A DNA stretch of 64,000 bases from Granulicella sp. (GTDB lineage Bacteria > Acidobacteriota > Terriglobia > Terriglobales > Acidobacteriaceae): the NCBI GenBank assembly GCA_003132145.1, contig PKWU01000045.1, positions 1,099 to 65,098 of the forward strand. The letters run 5' to 3'. Both the position numbers and the translations under genes were made by a program. Shown here piece by piece: positions 28,780 through 39,104 of this stretch (position 1 is the stretch's first letter; each line of letters opens with the position of its first letter). The notes beneath the pieces were generated by a model. It ran no database searches, was not told the origin of the DNA, and saw only the letters and a list, made by a program, of their open reading frames with translations.

Positions 28780-29124
28780 GGCGCGACAAGACCGTGCGGT
28801 CTACCGCGCCTCCATAAGCAACCAGACAAACCATCCAGTGCAGTGACTGCTGCGTTCCTTTCTGTTTGAGAAAGGAAGCGGCGGGATTGCGCGCGGTGGA
28901 CGGGGATGCAATGGCGCAGGACGGGGGGGGATTTGTTTTCATCTCGACGGTTTAGATAAATGCCCTAGATACAAATAGATACGAAGATGCCTGGCGAACT
29001 TAAGTGTTACCTGATGACACTTCTTGGGGATTTCATATCTTGCATGACGGCCCTACTCTCGGCTTATCCCCAGGGACTCGCAAGGCCGGAGTGCCGCGGA
29101 AAACCGAACGAGGAGAAAGAACGA

Positions 29125-29310
29125 ATGACGAACATGAAGCAGCTTCTGAAGAACCTGATGACGGAAGATTCGGGTCAGGATCTGATTGAGTATGCGTTGG
29201 TCGCGGCCCTGGTAGGACTGGGTGCTGTTGCCTCCATCACTGCTCTGAAGAACTCGATCTCGAACACGTTCAACAGCGTGGGCAGCCAGCTGACGAACGC
29301 CACCGCCTAA
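29125..29310 (+). CDS. flp: Flp family pilin 1
   Basis: EDSG/QDLIEYALVAALV prepilin motif; RBS GAGGAG. Confidence 0.95.
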   Translation: MTNMKQLLKNLMTEDSGQDLIEYALVAALVGLGAVASITALKNSISNTFNSVGSQLTNATA

Positions 29311-29471
29311 AACCGGACAGGGCTTATGTGAGCGTTAGACGTCGACGCTCACATAAGCTGCTTTCCACCAAAAAAACGGTTTCCGTCAGACAGGCGAAAC
29401 GAAATCAACCGGCGATGGACGCCGCCTTCGCAAGCCGGAAGTTCGACGGAACACAAACTGAAAGGGAAAAA

Positions 29472-29657
29472 ATGAAAAACATCAAACAGCTTCTGAAGAA
29501 CTTGATGACGGAAGATTCGGGCCAGGACCTGATCGAGTACGCGTTGGTAGCGGCCTTGGTCGGATTGGGCGCGGTCGCCTCCATCACCGCCCTCAAGAAC
29601 TCGATTTCAAACACCTTCAACAGCGTGGGCAGCCAACTCACCAACGCCACCGCTTAA
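29472..29657 (+). CDS. flp: Flp family pilin 2
   Basis: Same motif; mature peptide identical to pilin 1. Confidence 0.95.
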   Translation: MKNIKQLLKNLMTEDSGQDLIEYALVAALVGLGAVASITALKNSISNTFNSVGSQLTNATA

Positions 29658-29814
29658 CCGGACACAGCTTGTGAGAGTGTTTGACGTCGACGCTCCAACA
29701 AGCAACCTCACACGCAATAGGACCCGTCGTCAGATTGGCTCAACGAGATTGTCCTGCGATTGGCGTCGCACTCGCAGGAAAGAGATCGACAAAATAAACA
29801 GAAAGGGCAAAAAC

Positions 29815-30000
29815 ATGGCAAACGTAAAGCAGCTTATCAAAGAGCTGGTGAAGGAGGATTCAGGACAGGACTTGATCGAGTACGCGTTGGTATCGGCCCT
29901 GGTCGGGCTTGGCTCGGTCGCCGCAATCAGCGGACTCGACAACTCCCTGAAGAACACCTTCAACGGGATCGGCAGCGCGCTCACCAACTCCACCGCCTAA
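29815..30000 (+). CDS. flp: Flp family pilin 3
   Basis: EDSG/QDLIEYALVSALV. Confidence 0.95.
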   Translation: MANVKQLIKELVKEDSGQDLIEYALVSALVGLGSVAAISGLDNSLKNTFNGIGSALTNSTA

Positions 30001-30179
30001 ACCTGGAGCCGGCTTATGTGAGCGGTCGATGCCGAGTGCTCACATAAGCTGCTTCCGACTCAATCGGGCCTGCCATCCGATTGACACAACGATCATGTAT
30101 TGCGAGTCCATTGGGAACGCCGCACTCGCAGCAATAAAGAGAAAGCCAACAGAGAACCGGGCAAAGAGGGGAAAAACAG

Positions 30180-30365
30180 ATGAAGAATGTGAAGCAGTTG
30201 CTCATGAGGCTGGTTGCAGAGGACTCCGGTCAGGACCTGATCGAGTACGCGTTGGTAGCGGCCCTGGTCGGACTTGGATCCGTGGCCTCGATCGGCAGTC
30301 TCACCAATTCTCTGCAGAACACGTTTAACGGGATTGGCAGCGCGCTGACCAACGCGGTCGCCTAA
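30180..30365 (+). CDS. flp: Flp family pilin 4
   Basis: EDSG/QDLIEYALVAALV. Confidence 0.95.
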   Translation: MKNVKQLLMRLVAEDSGQDLIEYALVAALVGLGSVASIGSLTNSLQNTFNGIGSALTNAVA

Positions 30366-30515
30366 GCTCGGCAACGCAAAGGGGAATGCGCCGGGAAAGC
30401 CGGAATCGAAGGAATGCACGGTACCAACGAAACTTAGCGCATGACCCATAACGAATTTTGCAGTTGGATATTGAACCGATCTGGACCTATTCAGGGACGA
30501 CTTATTCAGGAACGC

Positions 30516-31055
30516 ATGATGACACTTTTTCAATCGGGACTGACATATCCGGCAACCGCCAGCGCTTGCGCCATCGTGGGCTCCGTCTTCGATGTGAAGA
30601 GCCGGCGTGTGCCCAACGTTGTCACGTTCCCGGCATTCCTGATTGGACTATTTCTTCATCTGCTATTGGGCGGATGGCGGCAGATGCTGAGCGCCCTGGC
30701 CGCGGGAGTGATCTGCGGGCTGGTGTTTCTGGTGTTCTATCTGGCGGGCGGCATGGGCGCCGGGGACGTGAAGCTGATCATGGCGGTGGGATGCATCGCG
30801 GGCATGACGCACATTGCGACCATCCTGGCGCTGACGGCGATCTCCGGAGGAGTGATGGCGGTTTGCCTGGCCCTGTACCGCGGAAAGCTGCAAGAGACTC
30901 TATTGAATGTTGGCGAGCTGTTTACGCACCACCGGAGCAAGGGGTTGCAACCGCATCCGGACCTCAACATCTCGAATGCGCAGACCCTGCGGCTGCCCTA
31001 TGCGTTGGCGATCGCCGGCGGGTGCATATTAACGCTGTATTTTCAGGTTGCATAA
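30516..31055 (+). CDS. cpaA: A24 prepilin peptidase (CpaA/TadV)
   Basis: FDVKSRRVPN, GMGAGDVKL, LPYALAI. Confidence 0.92.
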   Translation: MMTLFQSGLTYPATASACAIVGSVFDVKSRRVPNVVTFPAFLIGLFLHLLLGGWRQMLSALAAGVICGLVFLVFYLAGGMGAGDVKLIMAVGCIAGMTHIATILALTAISGGVMAVCLALYRGKLQETLLNVGELFTHHRSKGLQPHPDLNISNAQTLRLPYALAIAGGCILTLYFQVA

Positions 31056-31070
31056 GAGGGATGCAGTGAA

Positions 31071-31880
31071 ATGAACCGTCGACTCACGTCCGCATTCATC
31101 ATCGCGCTACTGGTCTCGGGCGTCTTTACGCTGTGGTTGAGCGCGAAGTTCTCGAAGAAAAGCGGACCTGCGCCCCCGCCGGCGAAGAGCCAGTATGTAG
31201 CGGCGGCGGCGAACCTGGAGGCGGACCAGGTGATACGCGCGGAGAACCTGCGTTTGATCGACTGGCCGGTATCGGTGCCGTTGAACGGTGCATTCACCGC
31301 GCCAAGCTCTCTGATTGGGCGCATCGTGCTGTATCCGCTGTCGGAAGGGGAACCGATACTGGAGCGGCAGTTGTCCAGTCCCGGATCCGGCATCGGCATC
31401 ACGGCGAAGATCCCGAACGGGATGCGGCTGATCGCTCTGCGCACCGACGAGGTAGTTGGGGTGGCGGGATTTCTGCTTCCCGGCACGCACGTCGACGTTC
31501 TGGTGACGCTGCACACGACCAGCTCGCCGGACCCATTGACGTTCACGGTGCTGCAGGACGCGGAGGTGCTGTCGGCCGGGCAGAAGACCGAGCCCGATCC
31601 CGAAGGCAAAGCGACCGTTTCGACGGTGGTGACACTGCTAGTAAAGCCGGAAGACGCGGAACGCGTGGTACTGGCAAGCAACCAGGGCACGGTGCATTTT
31701 GTGCTGAGAAACGGGGTTGACCGCGAGGAGTTCAAGGGGCCACCTGCGCTGCTGGCGCAACTGTCCGGAATCGCGCCCCCAGTGGTGAAGGAAGCCCCCA
31801 AGCCGGAACTACTGGTGGTGAAGACGTATTCGGTTGAGACGATTATGGGCAAATCACAGAGGATGGACGATTTCCAGTGA
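31071..31880 (+). CDS. cpaB: Flp pilus assembly protein CpaB/RcpC
   Basis: SAF domain; GVAGFLLPGTHVDVL. Confidence 0.93.
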   Translation: MNRRLTSAFIIALLVSGVFTLWLSAKFSKKSGPAPPPAKSQYVAAAANLEADQVIRAENLRLIDWPVSVPLNGAFTAPSSLIGRIVLYPLSEGEPILERQLSSPGSGIGITAKIPNGMRLIALRTDEVVGVAGFLLPGTHVDVLVTLHTTSSPDPLTFTVLQDAEVLSAGQKTEPDPEGKATVSTVVTLLVKPEDAERVVLASNQGTVHFVLRNGVDREEFKGPPALLAQLSGIAPPVVKEAPKPELLVVKTYSVETIMGKSQRMDDFQ

Positions 31881-33952
31881 GACTGCAAATGTTCAAGGAC
31901 AAAAAAAATCCGGCATTCTGGATTGCGCGAGCAGGAGTTGCGGCGGCGGTCGCACTGTCGACGGTGGCGCTGTCTGCGGTCTGCGGCGCGCAATCCGCGA
32001 CGGTCTCCGAGGTGGCTGCTGTCTCCAACATCGCGGGGTCGCCCATTCCGGGCGCGTCGGGCAGCATCAGCCGGGTCACGTCCGGGGCCGAGATGCTTCA
32101 TGTGACGGTGGGGCACTCCCTGTTTCTGAATACAAAGAGCCGGCTGCGCCGGGTGTATGTTTCCGATCCCAGCATACTGAACTCGGTGACGCTGAGTCCG
32201 AACCAGATTGTAGTGACGGCGATGACCTCCGGGACCAGTTCGCTGGTGATTCTCGACGAGGTAGGTCAGGCTCAGTCCTATGTTGTCTCCTCCGACCTGG
32301 ATGTCGCGGGGCTGCGCACAGCCATGTCCGAGGCGATGCACGGCGACACGGTGAACATCGAGGGAAGCGGGGACCGCGTAACCCTGAGCGGCAAGGTGGG
32401 CAGCGACGCGCAAGCCGATACTGCGTACAAGCTGGCCGGGCTGTATTCAAAAGAAGTGGCGAATGCGCTGACGGTAGCGCCCGAGCATCCGAAACAGGTG
32501 CGGCTGAAGGTGCGGATCCTGGAAGTGGACCGCAGCAAGGCCAACCAATACGGCATCAATCTATTCAACCCTGGCGGCAACACCAGCTTCCTGGCATCGA
32601 CAACGACAACGCAGTACGCCTCGACCGCAACGTATGCCGCAAATGGCACCAGCAGCGGCGTGCTGACGACCTCGAATCCGCTGAATTTCATGCTGTATAG
32701 CACAAAATTAAACCTCGGCGCGACCGTGCAGGACCTCGAAAGCAAACAGATACTGCAGATACTCGCTGAACCCACGATCACAACCATCAGCGGCGTGAAG
32801 GCCGATTTTCTCTCCGGCGGCGAGTTCCCCTTCCCGGTCATACAGCCCGGCGGAGCCGGCAGCTCGCCCGTCGTCACGATCATGTTCCGTGAGTACGGGG
32901 TGAAGGTGGAATTCACGCCTACCGTGAACGCCGACGGAACAATTCGACTGAAGGTGGCCCCGGAAGTCAGTTCTCTGGACTATACCAACTCCGTTACGAT
33001 CGGCGGATTCACGATACCGGCACTGGCCACGCGCAGGGCCGAGACCGAGGTGGAGCTGCACAGCGACCAGAGCTTTGCCATCTCCGGGCTGCTGGACCAG
33101 CGGACCACGGACATCATGAGCAAGACGCCGGGTGCTGCCAACATACCTATTCTGGGAGCTCTCTTCAAATCGAAGAATGTCAGCCACTCAAACACTGAGC
33201 TGGTGGTGATCGTTACACCAACACTGGTGAACCCGCTGACCGACACGGTGGAACCCATCCAGCCGGACCTTCCGATACCGCCCCTGAATTCGGGTAAATT
33301 CGACAAGTCGCTGGGGAAGGACCTGAATCATCATCCAACGGCGCCGCCGATCAATCCAGAGCAGCCCGCTGTGAGCTACCCGGCGCCGGCAGCTACTCCA
33401 TCGCCGGCACCAGCAGCAACACCATCGCCCGCTGCGGTAGCGGCGCCCGTGGCCGATACGGCCCAGAATGCCCCGCCAACGCAGGCCCCGCACGGACCAG
33501 CAGCGTCCCCTGCGGCCAAACCGGCGAATGGCAGTGCAGGGAGCACGGCATCGAAGGGTGCTAGCGGGCAACCTGCCACGCGTGAGAGTGGCGTCGGCGT
33601 TGCAGGCGCGCCAGCCTCCGGCCTTGCCGCGCCGCCGGTGGTCGCCTCCTCCGAGATGCCTCGGAGATATGTCTTCGACAACCCCGCAGCAATACCGTCA
33701 ACAAGCGGGAAGCCGGCTGCGGCGCCGGATGCAGTGTCGCGGTCGATGGTGCAGGTGATGACGCTTTCAAACACGGACGACGCTGAATCCATGGCTGCCG
33801 CACTGAAGCGCCACGGATATAACGTCGCAGTCAATCACGATCCCCAGGACTCACTTCTGCACCTGGAAGTGGGGCCCTTCACAAGCAGGAGCGATGCCGA
33901 AGCAATGCGTCAACGGCTACTGAGCGACGGCTACAATGCGACGGTGCGATAG
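31877..33952 (+). CDS. cpaC: CpaC/RcpA secretin with Pro/Ala linker and C-terminal SPOR domain
   Basis: QVRLKVRILEV, FLSGGEFP, IPILGALFKS, ELVVIVTP; C-terminal LEVGPFTSRSDAEAMRQRL. Confidence 0.9.
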   Translation: MRLQMFKDKKNPAFWIARAGVAAAVALSTVALSAVCGAQSATVSEVAAVSNIAGSPIPGASGSISRVTSGAEMLHVTVGHSLFLNTKSRLRRVYVSDPSILNSVTLSPNQIVVTAMTSGTSSLVILDEVGQAQSYVVSSDLDVAGLRTAMSEAMHGDTVNIEGSGDRVTLSGKVGSDAQADTAYKLAGLYSKEVANALTVAPEHPKQVRLKVRILEVDRSKANQYGINLFNPGGNTSFLASTTTTQYASTATYAANGTSSGVLTTSNPLNFMLYSTKLNLGATVQDLESKQILQILAEPTITTISGVKADFLSGGEFPFPVIQPGGAGSSPVVTIMFREYGVKVEFTPTVNADGTIRLKVAPEVSSLDYTNSVTIGGFTIPALATRRAETEVELHSDQSFAISGLLDQRTTDIMSKTPGAANIPILGALFKSKNVSHSNTELVVIVTPTLVNPLTDTVEPIQPDLPIPPLNSGKFDKSLGKDLNHHPTAPPINPEQPAVSYPAPAATPSPAPAATPSPAAVAAPVADTAQNAPPTQAPHGPAASPAAKPANGSAGSTASKGASGQPATRESGVGVAGAPASGLAAPPVVASSEMPRRYVFDNPAAIPSTSGKPAAAPDAVSRSMVQVMTLSNTDDAESMAAALKRHGYNVAVNHDPQDSLLHLEVGPFTSRSDAEAMRQRLLSDGYNATVR

Positions 33953-34009
33953 GTTGCAACGGCAGTAATTCGCGGCACTTTGTCGCGCAAACAGAAGTAC
34001 CGAACGGCA

Positions 34010-35254
34010 ATGAGGAACCAGGCAGTGACACCAGTTCAATACAATTCCGGGCTACTGAGCGTAGCGCTGATCAGCGTCAGTCTCGACACGCAACTGGCCG
34101 ATGAGATTGCCGAATCCGTATTGAAGATGTCGTGGGCCGTGCATCGCGCGGATTGCGAGGGGTACATCTCGGCGGTGAAGCGCCCACCGTTTTCGCAGCA
34201 AGTGAAGTCTTCACCTGCCTGCATCGCGGTGATCGACTTCGACAAGGACGTCGAACAGGCGGTCGCGTCCGCGGCGTATATACAGGAAATATTCTCAGGC
34301 AAGGCGGCGATCGTGGCCCTGTCGGAAAGCCGGGACCCGGATTTACTGTTGCGCGCGATGCGCGCCGGGTGCGGCGAATTCATTGACGGGGAATTCGACG
34401 AAGCTACATTTTCCGAGATGCTGGTGCGACTGTATCAGCAGTGGTCCGCGAAGTCCGCGCGGAACACCGTGCAGGGAGACGTTGTGACATTTTTCGGGGC
34501 CAAAGGCGGAGTGGGGACGACTACGCTGGCCGTGCATCTGGCCATGTATCTGGTGCTGTGCCATCAGAAGAAGACCTTATTGATCGACAACCATCCGCAG
34601 CTTGGCCACGCATGCATCTATCTAGGCATCGATGGCAGCCGGTACCACTTCAATGAGCTGGTGCGGAACCTGAGCCGGTTGGACAGCGATCTGTTGCGCG
34701 GCTACATTGCGACCCATTCCAGCGGCCTCGAGGTGCTGGCCTCGCCCGACGTATGCGGCGGCCAGAAGACACTGGACCCCAGCTCGATCGCCCAAACGCT
34801 CGACTTTCTGCGCGGGGAATACGACTACGTCATCGTGGACGGCCCGTCATTGCTGGACGAAACAAATCTCGCGGTGATCGACGCCTCCAACCATCTCTAC
34901 CTGGTGGCCACGCCTGAGATCGCAGCGATCCGCGACCTGTCGCGATATGTGGACAGCCTGTCGCAGGGCGAGCACGACATAGATAAGGTGAAGGTGGTGA
35001 TCAACCGGTTCTCCGCCCAGCACGCGTTGACGGTGGAGCAGATCGAGAAAGCGATCCGTCTGCCGGTCACCATCAAGCTGCCCAACGGTTACGCGGAGGT
35101 GACGCGGTCGGCGATTCTGGGCGAGCCGATCAACCCGAAGCAGAAGTCAGACTTTTCGGGGCAGATCGTGAAGTGGGCCAATACCCTGGTGGGCAGTGAC
35201 ATGCCGGTGGAAGAAGCCGCGCCCAAGAAGTCCATGTTCTCTCTTTGGAAGTGA
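34010..35254 (+). CDS. cpaE: CpaE/TadZ receiver-like plus MinD-like ATPase
   Basis: GAKGGVGTTT deviant Walker A; N-terminal pseudo-receiver domain. Confidence 0.9.
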   Translation: MRNQAVTPVQYNSGLLSVALISVSLDTQLADEIAESVLKMSWAVHRADCEGYISAVKRPPFSQQVKSSPACIAVIDFDKDVEQAVASAAYIQEIFSGKAAIVALSESRDPDLLLRAMRAGCGEFIDGEFDEATFSEMLVRLYQQWSAKSARNTVQGDVVTFFGAKGGVGTTTLAVHLAMYLVLCHQKKTLLIDNHPQLGHACIYLGIDGSRYHFNELVRNLSRLDSDLLRGYIATHSSGLEVLASPDVCGGQKTLDPSSIAQTLDFLRGEYDYVIVDGPSLLDETNLAVIDASNHLYLVATPEIAAIRDLSRYVDSLSQGEHDIDKVKVVINRFSAQHALTVEQIEKAIRLPVTIKLPNGYAEVTRSAILGEPINPKQKSDFSGQIVKWANTLVGSDMPVEEAAPKKSMFSLWK

Positions 35255-35295
35255 TTGTCAACCAGCGTTCCACGTAGAACCAGGGTGTAGCCGAT

Positions 35296-36648
35296 ATGTC
35301 CGATGCAAATGCAGTTTCGTCGAGTTCGAGCCAATCCAATGAGCGCACAGGGCGCATTGTGCGAACGGTGGGCGACAGCGTACAGCAGCAGATCAAGACG
35401 TCGGTCCACAAGGAACTGATCAAGCGAGTCGACCTGGACAAACTGGCCGGGATGCAGGAGACGCTGGCCGCGCAGCAACAGTTATTCCTCGTCATCCAGC
35501 AGATCATCGGCGAGCAGGGCGTACCGCTCAGCGCCAGCGAGCGGGACCACCTGGCGCAGGAGGTGGTGGACGAAGTATTCGGGCTGGGGCCACTGGAACC
35601 GCTTCTGAAGGACGACAGCATCAGCGATATTCTGGTGAACACCTATAACTCGATCTACGTCGAGCGGCGCGGAGTGCTGGAGAAGACGACCCTCACATTC
35701 CAGGACGACCGGCATCTGTTACATATCATCGACAAGATCGTGTCCGCGGTGGGGCGCCGGGTGGACGAATCGTCACCCATGGTGGATGCGCGCCTGCCCG
35801 ATGGGTCCCGCGTGAACGCAATCATTCCTCCGCTGGCTGTGGACGGGCCGATCCTGTCCATCCGGCGTTTTGGCAGCCACCCCCTGGAAGCGGAGGACCT
35901 TCTGCGCAACCAGATGTTGACCCCGCCCATGCTGGAGCTGCTGCGCGGGGCGGTGAAAGCCAGAATGAATATCGTGGTTTCTGGAGGGACGGGCTCTGGC
36001 AAGACGACGCTGCTGAATGTACTCTCCGGGTTCATCTCCGATCGGGAACGGATCATCACCATCGAAGACTCGGCTGAATTGCAGATGAAGCAGGACCATG
36101 TGGTGCGGCTGGAGACCAAGCCACCCAACGTCGAGGGGAAGGGCGGGGTGAAGCAGAGAGAGCTGGTGATCAACGCGTTGCGCATGCGTCCCGACCGGGT
36201 GGTGATCGGCGAGGTGCGCGGGGCCGAGGCTCTGGACATGCTGCAGGCGATGAATACCGGCCACGACGGATCGCTCACAACGATCCACGCAAACACGCCA
36301 CGGGACGCGCTGGCCCGTCTTGAGACGATGGCCATGATGAGCGAAGTGCGACTGGCGGAGAAGGCGGTGCGGTCTCAGATCGCCTCGGCCGTGCACCTGA
36401 TTGTGCAGGCGTCGCGCATGAGCGACGGCACGCGGCGGATCACACATATTACGGAGCTGACGGGATCGTTCTCCGACGTCATCAGCATGCAGGACATCTT
36501 TCTCTTCGAGAAAAAAGGGATCGGCCCGAACGGAAAGGTCAAGGGGCGGTTTATCTCGACGGGAATCGTTCCCAAGTGCGTCGAGAAGATGACCGCCGCA
36601 GGAATACCCGCACCCACAGGCATGAACGATCATTTAGTTGAAATCTAG
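35296..36648 (+). CDS. cpaF: CpaF/TadA secretion ATPase
   Basis: [32 protein letters not shown]. Confidence 0.96.
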   Translation: MSDANAVSSSSSQSNERTGRIVRTVGDSVQQQIKTSVHKELIKRVDLDKLAGMQETLAAQQQLFLVIQQIIGEQGVPLSASERDHLAQEVVDEVFGLGPLEPLLKDDSISDILVNTYNSIYVERRGVLEKTTLTFQDDRHLLHIIDKIVSAVGRRVDESSPMVDARLPDGSRVNAIIPPLAVDGPILSIRRFGSHPLEAEDLLRNQMLTPPMLELLRGAVKARMNIVVSGGTGSGKTTLLNVLSGFISDRERIITIEDSAELQMKQDHVVRLETKPPNVEGKGGVKQRELVINALRMRPDRVVIGEVRGAEALDMLQAMNTGHDGSLTTIHANTPRDALARLETMAMMSEVRLAEKAVRSQIASAVHLIVQASRMSDGTRRITHITELTGSFSDVISMQDIFLFEKKGIGPNGKVKGRFISTGIVPKCVEKMTAAGIPAPTGMNDHLVEI

Positions 36649-36687
36649 AGTGGGAGGGCCGTTGAGCAATAGAGAGGAAGGAGGCCA

Positions 36688-37659
36688 ATGATTCTATTTA
36701 TCGCATTTGTTGTGATGTTGACGATCAGTTTTGCAGTCATGGCCGTCCTTTCGGGCTCTTCGCAGAGCGAGAAAGCGGCCGAGAAGCGGCTTGCAACTAT
36801 CACTGCGCCCAAAGCTGGAGCAAGTGCAAACGAGGTGCAGATGCAAGAGATTCTGAAGGCGAACCCGGCGAACAAGTTTGGCTGGCTGGATGACATTCTG
36901 GAAAAATACCCGATCGTGCACAAACTGGAAGCCAGGATCGTTCAATCGAACAGCACGATGTCCGTGGGCACGCTTCTGGTGACCAGCGTGGGCATGGCCG
37001 TCGTGGGATTTATCGTTGCCTGCCTGATTTTTTCCCTTTTTGCCATTCAGGTTCTGGCGGCATTAGTGATTGGCTATATCCCGTTTGCGGTGATCTCGAT
37101 CAAGCGCTCGCGCCGGATGGCTGCGTTCAATGCGGGGCTGCCGGATGCGATCGACATGATGGGGCGCGCGCTGCGCGCGGGACACTCGATGGTGGCATCC
37201 ATCAACACGGTCGCCGAGCAAAGCGCGGAACCGGTAAAAACGGAGTTTCGCGAGGTCTTCAAGCAGCAGAACTTCGGAATGCCATTACGCGATGCATTGA
37301 ACCAGATGCTGGACCACGTGCCCTCGCAAGATCTGAAGGTGCTGGTCACCGGCATCCTGGTGCAGAAGGAGACGGGCGGAAATCTGGCGGAAATCCTGGA
37401 CCGCACGGCATCCGTGATCCGCGAGCGACTGCGCATCCAGGGCGAGATCCGAACGCATACCGCGCAGGGCCGGCTGACGGGATGGATTCTGTGCTCGCTT
37501 CCGATTGTGATGCTGTTCATGATCAATTTCATCAATCCGGGCTACTCGAACATTCTGATCGACACACCCATCGGTCATAAGCTGATTTATCTGGGAGTGG
37601 GGCTACTGTTCACCGGAGCCATGGCGATTCGACAGATCATCAACGGGATTGAGGTATAG
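36688..37659 (+). CDS. tadB: TadB inner-membrane platform protein
   Basis: LPDAIDMMGRALRAGHS, GGNLAEIL. Confidence 0.92.
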   Translation: MILFIAFVVMLTISFAVMAVLSGSSQSEKAAEKRLATITAPKAGASANEVQMQEILKANPANKFGWLDDILEKYPIVHKLEARIVQSNSTMSVGTLLVTSVGMAVVGFIVACLIFSLFAIQVLAALVIGYIPFAVISIKRSRRMAAFNAGLPDAIDMMGRALRAGHSMVASINTVAEQSAEPVKTEFREVFKQQNFGMPLRDALNQMLDHVPSQDLKVLVTGILVQKETGGNLAEILDRTASVIRERLRIQGEIRTHTAQGRLTGWILCSLPIVMLFMINFINPGYSNILIDTPIGHKLIYLGVGLLFTGAMAIRQIINGIEV

Positions 37660-37664
37660 GGACA

Positions 37665-38576
37665 ATGAATGTCATCCTCTATGTACTGTTGGCGCTGATC
37701 ACGTTTTGCGTGGTTGCGCTTCTGCTGACTCCGGATCTGTTCCGTCCGTCGCCCGAGGCGCAGCGCATCCTGGACATTGTGACGAGCACGCGGGAGGATC
37801 GGCGCACGATCGGCGACAAAGAGCGGATCCAGGACAAACTGGTCGGGATCGCGACCAAATTGCGTGTTCGCGTGGGGCTGGCCGAAGACCCAAAGCTGAA
37901 GGAAAGGCTGGTTGCGGCCGGCATCCACTCCAGCAACAGTGTCGACATATTTTTTGCGGCCCAGTTTCTAGTGCCTCTGGTTGGAGCGGTACTGGGCAGT
38001 CTTCTGCACTCTGCCTCGCTCTTTTGGGTTGTGGCGCTCGGAGCGGTGGGCTATCTGGTGCCGGACATGTGGCTGAAGCGGAAGACGGCGAGCCGGAGAA
38101 ACCGCATCCGCAAGAGCCTTCCGGACGCGCTGGACCTGATGGTGATCTGTGTCGATGCGGGGCTGGGACTGGACCAGGCGCTGCTTCGTATCGGGGAGGA
38201 GCTAGGCGCGAGCCATCCGGACATCGCCGAGGAGTTCGTGCAGGTGAACCTGGAACAGCGAGCCGGCCGGCCGAGGCTGGAAGCCTGGAAGAACCTGGCC
38301 GACCGGTCGGAGATCGAGGAGTTTACCTCCTTTGTGAGCATGCTTACGCAGACGGACCGGTTCGGTACGCCGATCATCCGTGCGTTGAGCCGCTTCTCCG
38401 AAGACATACGATCGAAGCGGAGGCAGCGGGCGGAAGAGGCCGCGGCCAAGACCAAGATCAAGATCATATTTCCGCTGGTGTTGTGTATCTTCCCCTGCAT
38501 CTTTATCGTGCTGCTGGCCCCGGCTCTGTTGAGCATCTCGAGCGGACTGGGCGGGGGCGCAGGGATTGGCCAATAA
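37665..38576 (+). CDS. tadC: TadC inner-membrane platform protein
   Basis: LPDALDLMVICVDAGLGL, AEEAAAKTKIKIIFPL. Confidence 0.92.
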   Translation: MNVILYVLLALITFCVVALLLTPDLFRPSPEAQRILDIVTSTREDRRTIGDKERIQDKLVGIATKLRVRVGLAEDPKLKERLVAAGIHSSNSVDIFFAAQFLVPLVGAVLGSLLHSASLFWVVALGAVGYLVPDMWLKRKTASRRNRIRKSLPDALDLMVICVDAGLGLDQALLRIGEELGASHPDIAEEFVQVNLEQRAGRPRLEAWKNLADRSEIEEFTSFVSMLTQTDRFGTPIIRALSRFSEDIRSKRRQRAEEAAAKTKIKIIFPLVLCIFPCIFIVLLAPALLSISSGLGGGAGIGQ

Positions 38577-38874
38577 CCCAGAATGAATCCCCATTCCTTT
38601 CCGTCATGAACTGATGGAGGAGCTGGTTCTTATGGAAGCGAAGACCTGCGTTGGAGGGGCGGTCCGCATACGGAAACAATGTGCCGGGGGAGGGTTTGAG
38701 ACGATGGCTTCCGGCGTAGCCAGAGTAGTAAACACGATTGTGGTTGATTGGGAACATGGTAAGTCGTAGAGTTTTCTAGGAACGGCGGGATTATTCTGTC
38801 GGGATACAGCGTGCATGGATCGAGACATTGCGGTGCGCCTGGGATGCCGAAGGTCAACGGAAAGGAGGAACTGT

Positions 38875-38961
38875 ATGAATCCGATTCAAATCGCAGCTAT
38901 CGTGCTGGCGGTCATCGTATTGGGAATCATTATCTACCGCAGGAAGAAGAGATCCAGCTAG
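38875..38961 (+). CDS. 28-aa single-pass membrane microprotein, absent from ORF track
   Basis: RBS AAGGAGG; MNPIQIAAIVLAVIVLGIIIYRRKKRSS. Confidence 0.65.
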   Translation: MNPIQIAAIVLAVIVLGIIIYRRKKRSS

Positions 38962-39104
38962 TTGACGACCGGCGAGGCCGTACGATTTCTAGAACCGGTC
39001 TCATAAACTATCTGCATCACCACACAGAGTTCATGAGCCTCGCCTTGTTGGCGGGTCTCCTATTCGGCTCAATAAGCTCGTGGGCACATTATGAGACCAG
39101 TTCC

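Noticed and set aside
28830-30440. c-di-GMP riboswitch upstream of flp or cpaA
   Set aside because: Only isolated pieces (for example acgcaaag near 30375); the GEMM two-stem architecture could not be built. An Rfam covariance search would settle it.
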